A DNA stretch of 64,000 nt from a virus. Shown here in pieces: positions 53,790 through 63,352 of this stretch (positions are counted from its first letter, which is position 1; each line of letters begins with the position of its first letter). The stretch spans positions 32,001 through 96,000 of IMG/VR virus record IMGVR_UViG_3300025133_000030. One strand, written 5' to 3'. The notes under the pieces are model-generated. The model had not been told where the DNA came from. It ran no database searches and saw only the letters and a program-made list of their open reading frames with translations. The position numbers and the translations under genes were made by a program.

Positions 53790-55478
53790 ATGTCAAGATC
53801 ACATATACATGGCAAACAGATAAAAGATGATTCAATTGGGTCGGCGGATATAGCCACCGGATCTATTAAGGCTAGCGAACTACACGCAGAAGCCATTTCT
53901 GGCCAAACAATCATAACATCAACAGACACTTCGAATGATTATCTTTTAATTTTTGATGCAACGGACAGTACACTAAAAAAAGTGGCTGTGACTCATCTAG
54001 GTTTGGGAGGAAGTGGAATTTCACACGATGGCAGCACAGCAGACGGCGTTCTTACATATAAAGATTCGGACGAAGCCACCGTTGAATCTAATCTTACCTT
54101 TGATGGTTCTACCTTAACAGTTGCTGGTGATATATTGGTCAATCAATATATCAAACACGGCGGCGATGAAAATACGCTCATCAATTTTGCTGATGATAAA
54201 ATAATCCTCAAGGCGGGTGGTAAGGCATTCCTTACCTTAGAGGAAAAAGGTTCTGCACCCCACGAAATTACACTTAATGACGGAGCCAACAATATTGACT
54301 TTGTTATTAAGGGGAATGGTTCCAATGCAGGCAACCCCGGGGTGATGTTTGATGCATCTAATAACAGGCTAGGAATCAATGGAGTAGGTACTCCCTCTTA
54401 TGAACTAGATGTTGCTGGTGATATTGGACTTAATGAGTATATTTACCATAAAGGTGATGATGACACTTTTGTTCGATTTGAAACCAACAATATTAGTCTA
54501 TCAGCCGGCGGCACCGCAATGACTTATGATGGAACAGACTTAACTGTTCCGGGTGCTAGCAGTATTTATGTAGACAAAATAAGACGAGCATCAGATAGTA
54601 GTACTACTACAAAGATACTTCTCAATGACGAAGCAATTAAGTTATATGCCGGGCACTCATCAGACAACATCTGCACTATAGATTCCACTGGGCTAAAAAT
54701 AGACAATGGTAGTTTAGAGACGGCGACGATAGATTACACAGATGGCGACCTGTCTATGACCATCGCCGATGGGGGCAAGGTTACGTTTGCAGCCGGCTTT
54801 GACGTCGGATCCGATGCCGCTGGTGATATATTGTATCACAACGGCACCAGCTATGTTCGACTAGCTAAAGGTTCAGCAGATCAGGTATTAACTATGAATG
54901 ATGCAGCTACAGCGCCCAATTGGGAAACCACGTCCGGTGGTTCTTCAAACGAATATTTTCATTTTCACATTTCTGGCAGAGTTAAAAACTCTTCAACTAC
55001 GGGCCCCGTTGGGCATCTCGCCTACCCTTATAGTGCAAACGAATCAGATTGGTCTTATTCGATGGCTTCAATTATTTCAAGTTATTCGGACGGAGATGCA
55101 ACTTTTGTAGGCAGCTATGTTAATGCGATGTTGTATTGGACTATTGGTGTTGCTCCTGCGGCGATGGCTTTGACGTCTGCCCGCGTTGCTTATTATATGG
55201 CTAACGATAATATGACGGATGATTATATATGGGAGATTTGGAAAGCCACGCCTACAGATGGAACTTCATATAGCACGACTTTGACTTGGACCAGAATCGG
55301 CTCTTTAGATCATGGCGGAGATCCTGCTGCCACAACATTTTATGCAGCCAATGATACTTTTTCATCTGGAAACGACGTGGCTGCAGGGGACTTAATTGGC
55401 TTGACCGTTAGAAACGGCGATAGTTATACTAACAAATATCACGGATTCCACTTAGCAATGAGATTTACATATTCATGA
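53790..55478 (+). CDS. tail-fibre/virion decoration-like protein
   Basis: G/S/T/D-rich; ESNLTFDG, RLGINGVGTPSYELDVAGDI, GDILY...RLAKG. Confidence 0.7.
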   Translation: MSRSHIHGKQIKDDSIGSADIATGSIKASELHAEAISGQTIITSTDTSNDYLLIFDATDSTLKKVAVTHLGLGGSGISHDGSTADGVLTYKDSDEATVESNLTFDGSTLTVAGDILVNQYIKHGGDENTLINFADDKIILKAGGKAFLTLEEKGSAPHEITLNDGANNIDFVIKGNGSNAGNPGVMFDASNNRLGINGVGTPSYELDVAGDIGLNEYIYHKGDDDTFVRFETNNISLSAGGTAMTYDGTDLTVPGASSIYVDKIRRASDSSTTTKILLNDEAIKLYAGHSSDNICTIDSTGLKIDNGSLETATIDYTDGDLSMTIADGGKVTFAAGFDVGSDAAGDILYHNGTSYVRLAKGSADQVLTMNDAATAPNWETTSGGSSNEYFHFHISGRVKNSSTTGPVGHLAYPYSANESDWSYSMASIISSYSDGDATFVGSYVNAMLYWTIGVAPAAMALTSARVAYYMANDNMTDDYIWEIWKATPTDGTSYSTTLTWTRIGSLDHGGDPAATTFYAANDTFSSGNDVAAGDLIGLTVRNGDSYTNKYHGFHLAMRFTYS

Positions 55479-55494
55479 GAGGGTTGACTTAATA

Positions 55495-55740
55495 ATGATT
55501 ACTGGCAAGATTTATTCTAATGGATATTGGGACGGCCTCGAAGCTATATTTTTAAAAGACGACCCATCCCATCCCGGCTGGGTTTATGTTTTGGCCATGG
55601 AGCTACCTGACAGTTCAATATCTATAAATCATGCAATCGGTTCGAGAACTCTTTGTTTTCATGCTAAAATCGAAGCAGATACTCCAACTATACCTGAACT
55701 TGAAAACATTTCGTATATGGTTTATGTGAAAAAAACCTGA
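55495..55740 (+). CDS. hypothetical protein
   Basis: GAGG RBS. Confidence 0.55.
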   Translation: MITGKIYSNGYWDGLEAIFLKDDPSHPGWVYVLAMELPDSSISINHAIGSRTLCFHAKIEADTPTIPELENISYMVYVKKT

Positions 55741-55773
55741 AAATGGACGAAGAATTTAAAAATTTGTTGAACA

Positions 55774-56382
55774 ATGATAAGAATAATCGGAAAAATACCG
55801 CACCGTATAACAGTGGCATGCTCTGGGGGAATCGACTCCATGGTAATATTACATTTTCTAATGCAGTCTCGCCGCCAAATCGACGTAGCCTTCTTTAATC
55901 ATGATACCAGTCACTCGAAAAAAGCGCAGAACTTTGTAAAAAAGTTCTGCGCTGAGCATAAACTTATTTTGACCATAGGTCGAGTCAAAGGAATGAAAGG
56001 GAAACGATCACTTGAAGAGTTTTGGCGAAATGAAAGGTACGCCTTCTTTGACAGTCTCGGAAGCGACTTTGTCATCACATGTCATCACTTAGACGACGTG
56101 CTTGAGACTTGGTTGATGTCTTCTTTCCATGGTACTCCAAAGGTAATTCCATACAACCGCAACCCAAATATTTATCGTCCGTTTTTACTAACAGAAAAGA
56201 GAAGTCTGATTTCTTATTGTGAAAAACACAAAATAGAATGGATAGACGACCCCTCAAACAAATCGGTAATACACGCTCGAAATCGAGTCCGCCACAATAT
56301 AATACCTGAAGTTTTAAAAGTGAATCCGGGAATTAGAAAAGTTATTCGTAAAAAACTCGTACAAATATATGATAAAGTCTGA
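55774..56382 (+). CDS. tilS: tRNA(Ile)-lysidine synthetase (catalytic domain only)
   Basis: ACSGGIDS PP-loop, RNERY, HHLDDVLET, RP, DDPSN, RNRVRH. Confidence 0.93.
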   Translation: MIRIIGKIPHRITVACSGGIDSMVILHFLMQSRRQIDVAFFNHDTSHSKKAQNFVKKFCAEHKLILTIGRVKGMKGKRSLEEFWRNERYAFFDSLGSDFVITCHHLDDVLETWLMSSFHGTPKVIPYNRNPNIYRPFLLTEKRSLISYCEKHKIEWIDDPSNKSVIHARNRVRHNIIPEVLKVNPGIRKVIRKKLVQIYDKV

Positions 56383-56397
56383 TATTATATAAACAAT

Positions 56398-56472
56398 GGG
56401 CCTTTAGCTCAATCAGGTTAGAGCATTCGACTCATAATCGACAGGTTCTCGGTTCAAATCCGAGAGGGCCCA
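56398..56472 (+). tRNA. tRNA with CAT anticodon, most likely tRNA-Ile2 (TilS substrate)
   Basis: GGGCCTT/AGGGCCC stem with C4-G69 and C5-G68, CTCATAA loop; adjacent to tilS. Confidence 0.85.
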
Positions 56473-56492
56473 CTAAATAAACAGGAGTTAAG

Positions 56493-57140
56493 ATGAGAGA
56501 TTATTTTTGGGGTTCGCAAGAAGAGATGATTTTTGAAGAACAATCACCAGAGCGAACTAAAAGCAGTTATTTTCCTTTTGAGAATAATACGTCAGAGGAT
56601 TTCAATAAAGTAGAATTTACCAGCAATCGGGTTTATTTTTATTCTAGTGTATCAAGGCCTAAAATCCTTCGCCTAAACAAGGCAATCACTAATTTAAACT
56701 CCAATCTACAGGCTAGGCAAATGGTCTACGGAGGAAGCGAGCCTGAGCCTATTAAGTTGCACATAAATAGCTATGGTGGATCAGTTTTTGCCGGCTTGTC
56801 TGCTGTTGATTATATTTTAACATCGAAAGTGCCTATACATACAATAATTGACGGCTGCGCTGCGTCTTCTGCAACTTTGATGTCCGTTGTTGGTTCACGA
56901 AGGTTTATGCATAGAAATGCATGCATGTTAATCCATCAATTATCGGGCCACATGTGGGGAAAATACCAAGACATGCAAGATGACATGAAAAACTCAGAAA
57001 TGTTAATGGATAAGATTAGGTCAATATACAAGACATACACAAGGGTACCCGAAAAGGAACTTGATGAAATGCTGAAGCATGATTTGTGGTGGAATGCAGA
57101 AACATGTTTGAAGTATGGTTTGGTCGACGAAATAATCTAA
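56493..57140 (+). CDS. clpP: second ClpP-family protease
   Basis: INSYGGSV, GCAASSA, LIHQ, HDLWW...GLVDEII. Confidence 0.88.
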   Translation: MRDYFWGSQEEMIFEEQSPERTKSSYFPFENNTSEDFNKVEFTSNRVYFYSSVSRPKILRLNKAITNLNSNLQARQMVYGGSEPEPIKLHINSYGGSVFAGLSAVDYILTSKVPIHTIIDGCAASSATLMSVVGSRRFMHRNACMLIHQLSGHMWGKYQDMQDDMKNSEMLMDKIRSIYKTYTRVPEKELDEMLKHDLWWNAETCLKYGLVDEII

Positions 57141-57142
57141 GT

Positions 57143-57334
57143 ATGCCTATATATCGTTGTAAATGTAGAAGTTGCAACTTTGAAGACGAAGTGCTGCTAT
57201 CTATGAAACAAAAGAGTCTTACTAAAGATGTAAGACAGTGCCCAAGATGCAATAAGGATGAGTTTAGATTTGTACTGGGTAAATCGTCCTTTAGATTAAA
57301 AGGTGAAGGCTGGTACAAAGATGGCTACACATGA
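57143..57334 (+). CDS. FmdB-family zinc-ribbon protein
   Basis: MPIY..CRSC...CPRC...FRLKGEGWY.DGY. Confidence 0.85.
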   Translation: MPIYRCKCRSCNFEDEVLLSMKQKSLTKDVRQCPRCNKDEFRFVLGKSSFRLKGEGWYKDGYT

Positions 57335-57631
57335 GTGAAAAAGGAAAATAAAATGATAACAATCGAAAAATCAGAGTCAATTTTAAGAGAAGTCTTTTCT
57401 GAAGAAGCTGAATTTATAGGTATAGAGTGGGATAACCATAGAGAATCACCATTTTTAGAAAATACGTTCCAAGTAACGTCAAGGATCTTATCAATTGACT
57501 CTTTAGTTAGGTTGCTGGAGCATCCAGACGTGAAAAACGCATATTTTCAACCTAGATATGCCCCACCAGACCCCCAGAAGCGCTTCGCCGCCGTCACCCT
57601 TCAATATCGATTATATATTCAATACAACTGA
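57335..57631 (+). CDS. hypothetical protein
   Basis: ORF in operon. Confidence 0.55.
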   Translation: MKKENKMITIEKSESILREVFSEEAEFIGIEWDNHRESPFLENTFQVTSRILSIDSLVRLLEHPDVKNAYFQPRYAPPDPQKRFAAVTLQYRLYIQYN

Positions 57632-57638
57632 AAACAAA

Positions 57639-57806
57639 ATGAAAAAAAAAGATAATAGCATCGACGAATTAAAGTTGATTATAGAAGAATTAGAAAAAGA
57701 TATATATTTAGCACAAGTATCTGGAAAGCCTTTTTTTGCGTCTAGACTGGCGATTATACGAGACAGGAAGCAGAAAAAGCTAGATTCTTGGATAAATCAA
57801 AATTAA
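57639..57806 (+). CDS. hypothetical protein
   Basis: ORF. Confidence 0.5.
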   Translation: MKKKDNSIDELKLIIEELEKDIYLAQVSGKPFFASRLAIIRDRKQKKLDSWINQN

Positions 57807-57815
57807 GTTTGAAAG

Positions 57816-58589
57816 TTATTCTGAATATTTTTTATTTAGCATCGTTTCATACCCCTCTTCGATGAAGGACATTGTTTCGTAATAATTTGAAATCAATGAT
57901 ACGTGGTTGAATTTCTGAGCCGTCGCGTACAATATCCCAACGAGAGCCATTTTTTCGTTGAGCACTCCACTACCAGAACTGCCTCCAATTGCAGGGATTG
58001 TCGTCATTGCATTCGGTCCACCGGGAATCATTCCACTGAACAGTCCCATTAGAATAGGAAAGGTTGGTGGGTGAAATATACCAACCGGAGCAGATAAGGA
58101 AATCACTTCTTCGCCAACTTTGGGAGGCCTTGAGGATATTTTCACTCCTTTGGTTTTGAGATTTGGTACATATAACATACAGAGGTCACGAGGGTCCATA
58201 TCCCCAGACGTCATAGAAATCACACTTCCAGTTTCAATTTCTCCTAAAATATTTTCAGCCTTTAATACTTTCTGAGCGCTTTCAATCGTCACAGCATATT
58301 TTCTATTCATAGAGACATAACACATATGTCCAGCAGTTAATATCACAGACCCTCCTTTATGCATTCCTATTGAAATTCCACTCCCAACAGAGGTAAAGGT
58401 GCTAATTTTACAGATGGTGTCTTTTTTACACTTATCTATTGAAAACATTCTGTGTATTTTTACGAAAGATTTGGTTGGTATTATTCTTTTTGTTTTTATT
58501 GGGCTATTATTATGCTTGTTATTCTTTATTGTGCAACTTGATAAAGAAATACATGCAAAAAACAGCACAAAGATTAGTAATTTATTCAT
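57816..58589 (-). CDS. trypsin-like serine protease, lipoprotein
   Basis: LSSC lipobox; LTAGH, DLC, GGSSGSG. Confidence 0.88.
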   Translation of the reverse strand: MNKLLIFVLFFACISLSSCTIKNNKHNNSPIKTKRIIPTKSFVKIHRMFSIDKCKKDTICKISTFTSVGSGISIGMHKGGSVILTAGHMCYVSMNRKYAVTIESAQKVLKAENILGEIETGSVISMTSGDMDPRDLCMLYVPNLKTKGVKISSRPPKVGEEVISLSAPVGIFHPPTFPILMGLFSGMIPGGPNAMTTIPAIGGSSGSGVLNEKMALVGILYATAQKFNHVSLISNYYETMSFIEEGYETMLNKKYSE

Positions 58590-58672
58590 GGATGCTCCTA
58601 TATAATAACTATAGGAATACAGTTGTTTTTTTGTAAAAAACTATTCTCAATCTGTATGATCAAGGAAAAGTA

Positions 58673-58903
58673 ATGAAGACTCTTATAACAATTTTTGTTT
58701 TCTCTGCAGCAGGAAGCATAACAAACCAGACATCGAAACCAAACAATAACCCAGTCCAGATTGTTTCTCCAAGTGAAATTTCAATTCTAAAAAAGCAATT
58801 TTCATTCGAAGGCCAACTAAAAGTGACTCCGCACAACGAAGGTCAAGTAAAACCCGGTTCACAGTTTTATAACGTACCTACTGAGTGGGTAAAAGTAAAG
58901 TAG
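58673..58903 (+). CDS. hypothetical exported protein
   Basis: AAGGA RBS. Confidence 0.5.
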   Translation: MKTLITIFVFSAAGSITNQTSKPNNNPVQIVSPSEISILKKQFSFEGQLKVTPHNEGQVKPGSQFYNVPTEWVKVK

Positions 58904-58937
58904 AAGCCTAGTTACTCTATAAGAAAGAGAGTTTAAC

Positions 58938-60260
58938 TTGGTTAAGAAAACATACGTCCTAGATACTAGCGTTTACCTCACAGATTCGAAATCCTTAGAA
59001 TCTTATGGAAATAATGATATTGTTATTCCACTGAAGGTTTTAGACGAAATAGATAAACACAAAAAAAGACAAGACCCCGTAGGAACTCAAGCTAGAGCTA
59101 CTATAAGAAAGCTAGACGCCCTTCGCGAAAGAGGTAACTTATGCAAAGGTATGCGAATAGACAAAGGCAAGGGTATTCTTGTAGTTAAGAGTTATGATCC
59201 CTTTGTTATGCCAGATGATTTAGACCTAGAAGATCCAGATAATCAAATAATTGCCACTGCACTCACAGAGAGGAGTAAAAATCCAAAAAGAAAAGTAGTG
59301 GTGGTTTCAAGGGATATTAATATGAGAGTCAAGTGTGATTCTCTAGGGTTAATATCAGAAGATTATTCTCTAGAACATGTCATAGACGATGCTGGTGGGT
59401 TGTTTTCAGGGTATATAGAGCACCTAGTGGACGATCAGATTATAGAATCGTTCTATGTAGACGAGCCAACTTACTTAGATCGCGCCGAGATAGTTGTGCA
59501 TCCAAACCAGTTTGTTATGTTGGTCTCCAACTCTAACGATAAAAAAACAGCCTTAGCTAGATTTATAAACTACGAAACGCCCCTTAGTAAGATTCCAAAT
59601 TTCAAAAGAGGTATCTGGGGAGTTAAAGCAAGAAACAAAGAGCAGAGCTTCGCAATAGATCTATTGATGGATCCAGCCGTCCCAGTGGTCAGCCTAGTGG
59701 GAAAAGCCGGATCAGGTAAAACACTATTGGCTCTTGCTGCAGCCTTAGAACAAACATTTGGCTCAGACGGCAAAGCACGCACATATAACAAGATAGTAGT
59801 AACGAAACCAGTCGAGCCGGTAGGTAAAGATATAGGCTTTTTACCCGGGTCTTTAGAAGAAAAAATGATGCCATGGCTAGCCCCGATACAAGATAACTTG
59901 CAAAATCTATTCGGAAATGATAGAATGACATTAGATCAACACGTTCACGAAGGAAGAATAGAAATTGAAGCAATGACTTATATAAGAGGGCGTTCTATTG
60001 CTAACTCGATAATAATAATCGACGAAGTTCAGAATATGACACAACATGAGATAAAAACAGTCCTCACTAGAGTAGGGGAAGGTACTAAAATTATACTTAC
60101 TGGAGATGTGGAACAGATAGACAACGTATATATAGATTCCACTAATAACGGGCTAGCATATGTCGTTGAAAAATTAAAATCTGAATCGATTTCTGGACAT
60201 ATTACCCTGCAAAAAGGCGAACGCTCAAAAGTTGCTACAATTTCTGCAAAATTACTATAA
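58938..60260 (+). CDS. phoH: PIN-PhoH family protein
   Basis: VLDTSV PIN domain; GKAGSGKT; IGFLPG; YIRGRS; IDEVQN; TGDVEQID. Confidence 0.93.
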   Translation: MVKKTYVLDTSVYLTDSKSLESYGNNDIVIPLKVLDEIDKHKKRQDPVGTQARATIRKLDALRERGNLCKGMRIDKGKGILVVKSYDPFVMPDDLDLEDPDNQIIATALTERSKNPKRKVVVVSRDINMRVKCDSLGLISEDYSLEHVIDDAGGLFSGYIEHLVDDQIIESFYVDEPTYLDRAEIVVHPNQFVMLVSNSNDKKTALARFINYETPLSKIPNFKRGIWGVKARNKEQSFAIDLLMDPAVPVVSLVGKAGSGKTLLALAAALEQTFGSDGKARTYNKIVVTKPVEPVGKDIGFLPGSLEEKMMPWLAPIQDNLQNLFGNDRMTLDQHVHEGRIEIEAMTYIRGRSIANSIIIIDEVQNMTQHEIKTVLTRVGEGTKIILTGDVEQIDNVYIDSTNNGLAYVVEKLKSESISGHITLQKGERSKVATISAKLL

Positions 60261-60262
60261 AA

Positions 60263-60940
60263 ATGAAAGAATATATTAAAAAATCATCCCAAAAGAGGGT
60301 GGGTGAGTTTCCAATTGTGGGTTGGGGAATCAATTTGGTCGTTGCGGACCCCATCACAAATAACGTCTCGCCAACTTCAGTCATAGAAAGACTTAAAGCT
60401 AAGATACCTCACAAATATATAGAAAACATCGATGCTATATACGTGGGAAAATTTAAACACCTAGAGAAAATGGACCACAACGCAAGCTATATGGATGGAG
60501 TAATATATGTAACAAGCGAACAAGACTCAGAATATGATATGCTTGACGACATTGTTCACGAAATTGGCCACGCAGTCGAAGAGTTGTACGGTATGTCCAT
60601 GTATGCAGATAAGAAAATCGAAAGGGAATTTCTAGGTAAACGCCATCGATTATATGATTTGCTAGCTTCGGAAGGATATGACGTGGAACCTTATCAGGTA
60701 GATTTTTTGTCTCCTGATTATAATCAAAGATTGGATTCTTTTTTTTATATGGAGGTTGGATATCCCTTTATGGAGATGTTGTCTTCTACTTTATTTTATA
60801 GTCCGTACGGCGCAACCAGCTTAAGAGAATACTTCGCAAACGGGTTTGAGTCTATTTATTTTTCAAACAACGGTAATCGACTAAAAAAAATAAGCCCCAT
60901 ATTGTATAATAAGATAAAATCAATAGAAGGGAATGAATAA
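60263..60940 (+). CDS. zincin metallopeptidase-like protein
   Basis: VHEIGHAV...REYFANGFE. Confidence 0.7.
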   Translation: MKEYIKKSSQKRVGEFPIVGWGINLVVADPITNNVSPTSVIERLKAKIPHKYIENIDAIYVGKFKHLEKMDHNASYMDGVIYVTSEQDSEYDMLDDIVHEIGHAVEELYGMSMYADKKIEREFLGKRHRLYDLLASEGYDVEPYQVDFLSPDYNQRLDSFFYMEVGYPFMEMLSSTLFYSPYGATSLREYFANGFESIYFSNNGNRLKKISPILYNKIKSIEGNE

Positions 60941-61305
60941 TGATTGAAATTAAGACAGAAAACAACTCTATCACTGTTAGTGTGGAATTGGAAAAGAGAA
61001 CTTATGCGAAAGATGAGATAACATCATTTTCTAATTCTCAAATTAGGAATATGTTGGTTGATTTGGGTCATAATTTGGATTTTTTTGAGATGACCAAGCA
61101 AGGATATGTGTCAAATAGGACTGACAGGCAATTGTCCGATAGTTGGGTTTTTGTAAAGAAAAACTTGCAAACTTCTGATGTTTCTGATATAATAGAAACA
61201 AAGAAAGAAGTAAAAAATGTCAAACCAAAACCAAAACCAAAATCAAGGACTACTACAAATAGAAGAGCCTCGCGTACCCGAAAAACAAAAAAAACCACCG
61301 ATTAA
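60940..61305 (+). CDS. hypothetical protein with basic tail
   Basis: TAATG overlap. Confidence 0.6.
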   Translation: MIEIKTENNSITVSVELEKRTYAKDEITSFSNSQIRNMLVDLGHNLDFFEMTKQGYVSNRTDRQLSDSWVFVKKNLQTSDVSDIIETKKEVKNVKPKPKPKSRTTTNRRASRTRKTKKTTD

Positions 61306-62077
61306 AGAGCATGTAAGTTTTTCTGAACTGAAGAACTGGATGACATGTTCATATTATCACAAAGTCGTATACATCGATGGAAATAAGTTTTTTATGGGTA
61401 ACGAGTATACTGCTTTTGGTACAGCTCTACATTCCTTATGTGAAGCGTGGGTGGAAGATAGGTTAGATACGACGCCTGAGAAATTCTTTGTTAAAGAATT
61501 TGTAAAAGAGATTAAGGGTCTTCCTGATTCTCTAGAATTGAATAAAAAACTTTTGCTAGATATGAAAATACAAGGCGAAGTATTGGCTCCAATGACCATT
61601 CCATATTTGAAAAATCACTTTGGTGAGTTTGAATTGGTATCCGTCGAAGAAAAACTCATGGAGCCAATCACGGAGTATAAAGCTTCAGATTATAAATTTA
61701 AAGGCTTCATCGACCTCGTAATAAAAGACGCCAAAGGGACATATCACATTATAGACTGGAAATCCTGCACATGGGGCTGGAACGCGAAGAAACGCTCTGA
61801 TCCAGCAGTAACATACCAGTTAACGTATTACAAAAACTATTTTGCAAAAAAGCACAATATCGATCCATCAGATATAAAGACTCACTTTGCATTGTTGAAA
61901 AGAACCCCAAAAAGTAACCAAGTAGAAATATTTGAAGTTACTTCCGGACCAGTAAGAACTAAAAATGCTGTTAAATTACTTAAAGATATGCTTTATAATG
62001 TAACAGAAGGCATCGTTGTGAAGAATCGACTTTCTTGTGAACGATGCGATATATATAAAACTGAATATTGCATTTAA
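61217..62077 (+). CDS. PD-(D/E)XK exonuclease (Cas4/RecB/AddB-like)
   Basis: FGTALH, GFIDL, IIDWKS, QLTYY, C-terminal CERC...C. Confidence 0.88.
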   Translation: MSNQNQNQNQGLLQIEEPRVPEKQKKPPIKEHVSFSELKNWMTCSYYHKVVYIDGNKFFMGNEYTAFGTALHSLCEAWVEDRLDTTPEKFFVKEFVKEIKGLPDSLELNKKLLLDMKIQGEVLAPMTIPYLKNHFGEFELVSVEEKLMEPITEYKASDYKFKGFIDLVIKDAKGTYHIIDWKSCTWGWNAKKRSDPAVTYQLTYYKNYFAKKHNIDPSDIKTHFALLKRTPKSNQVEIFEVTSGPVRTKNAVKLLKDMLYNVTEGIVVKNRLSCERCDIYKTEYCI

Positions 62078-62089
62078 CAGGTATACAAC

Positions 62090-63352
62090 ATGTCTAAAAC
62101 TAAAAAAACCGTGATTACGATAAGTGACCACCCGTTTTCACCTAGCGGAGTGGGAACGCAAACTAAGCACTTCATTGAATCTATGCTTGAAACTGGAGAA
62201 TACCGGTTTTTGAGTTTGGGTGGTGCCATCCGTCATAATGATTATACGCCATCGAAAACTGAGAAATGGGGGGAGGACTGGGTAGTAGTGCCCGTCGACG
62301 GATACGGAACAAAGGAATTCATAAGGCACTTGCTGGCAGCAGAGAAGCCAGATGCTTTGTGGATTATGACAGACCCTAGATTTTGGGGTTGGCTCTGGGC
62401 CATGGACAATGAAATAAGAACAAACGTTCCAATTATATACTATCATGTTTGGGATAATTACCCATTTCCTACTTTCAATAAGAAATACTATGAATCCAAT
62501 GATTATATTGCAACAATATCTAAAGTAACTGACGACATTGTAGCGAATGTAGCACCTTCTGTAAAGAGGAAATATATCCCCCACTCAGTCGATTCTGATA
62601 TTTTTTGCACCCTTTCAGAAAAGGAGACGAAAGAGTTTAGGAAAGTTTCTTTTGGCGATGAGAAAAAGAAATTCACAGTACTTTGGAATAACCGGAATGC
62701 AAGAAGAAAGCAGTCCGGATCTTTAATTTTCTGGTTTAAGGAATTCCTTGATATTGTTGGTCATGACAATGCTAGATTGATTATGCACACGGAGCCCAGT
62801 GATCCCAACGGTCAGGATCTGATGGCTATCATGAAGAACTTAGACCTTTTAAATGGTCAAGTTATGCTTTCTACGGAAAAGATGCCCCAGCCATCGTTGG
62901 CCAGAATGTACAACATTGCTGATGTGACAATTAATGTCTCTGATGCAGAGGGTTTTGGTCTTGCAACTTTGGAATCACTATCTTGCGGCACTCCAATTAT
63001 AGTGACAATGACAGGGGGCCTTCAGGAGCAGGTCACTGATGGTAAGAGCTGGTTTGGAATTGGCATTGAGCCCTCGTCTAAGGCTATTATCGGATCCCAA
63101 GAGGTTCCTTGGATATACGAAGATAGAATCAATAAGAAAGATGTTGTTGATTCGCTTGTTAAGATGTACAACATGACAGATAAGGAAAGGATTGAACTTG
63201 GGTCTAAGGGTCGTGAGCATGTTCTTAAGAACTATAATCCCGAAGTCTGCAAACAGAAGTGGATTGATTTAATGAACGAAGTAGCTGAAGATATGGGCTC
63301 TTGGGAGAATAGAAAAGGCTATGACAACTGGACAATGGAGAAAATAGCGTGA
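62090..63352 (+). CDS. GT4-family glycosyltransferase
   Basis: NRNARRK, AEGFGLATLESLSCGTPII. Confidence 0.9.
   Translation: MSKTKKTVITISDHPFSPSGVGTQTKHFIESMLETGEYRFLSLGGAIRHNDYTPSKTEKWGEDWVVVPVDGYGTKEFIRHLLAAEKPDALWIMTDPRFWGWLWAMDNEIRTNVPIIYYHVWDNYPFPTFNKKYYESNDYIATISKVTDDIVANVAPSVKRKYIPHSVDSDIFCTLSEKETKEFRKVSFGDEKKKFTVLWNNRNARRKQSGSLIFWFKEFLDIVGHDNARLIMHTEPSDPNGQDLMAIMKNLDLLNGQVMLSTEKMPQPSLARMYNIADVTINVSDAEGFGLATLESLSCGTPIIVTMTGGLQEQVTDGKSWFGIGIEPSSKAIIGSQEVPWIYEDRINKKDVVDSLVKMYNMTDKERIELGSKGREHVLKNYNPEVCKQKWIDLMNEVAEDMGSWENRKGYDNWTMEKIA

Noticed and set aside
61217-62077. Cas4 as part of a CRISPR system
   Set aside because: A solo PD-(D/E)XK exonuclease, common in phages, with no other cas genes; no evidence links it to the cassette array.
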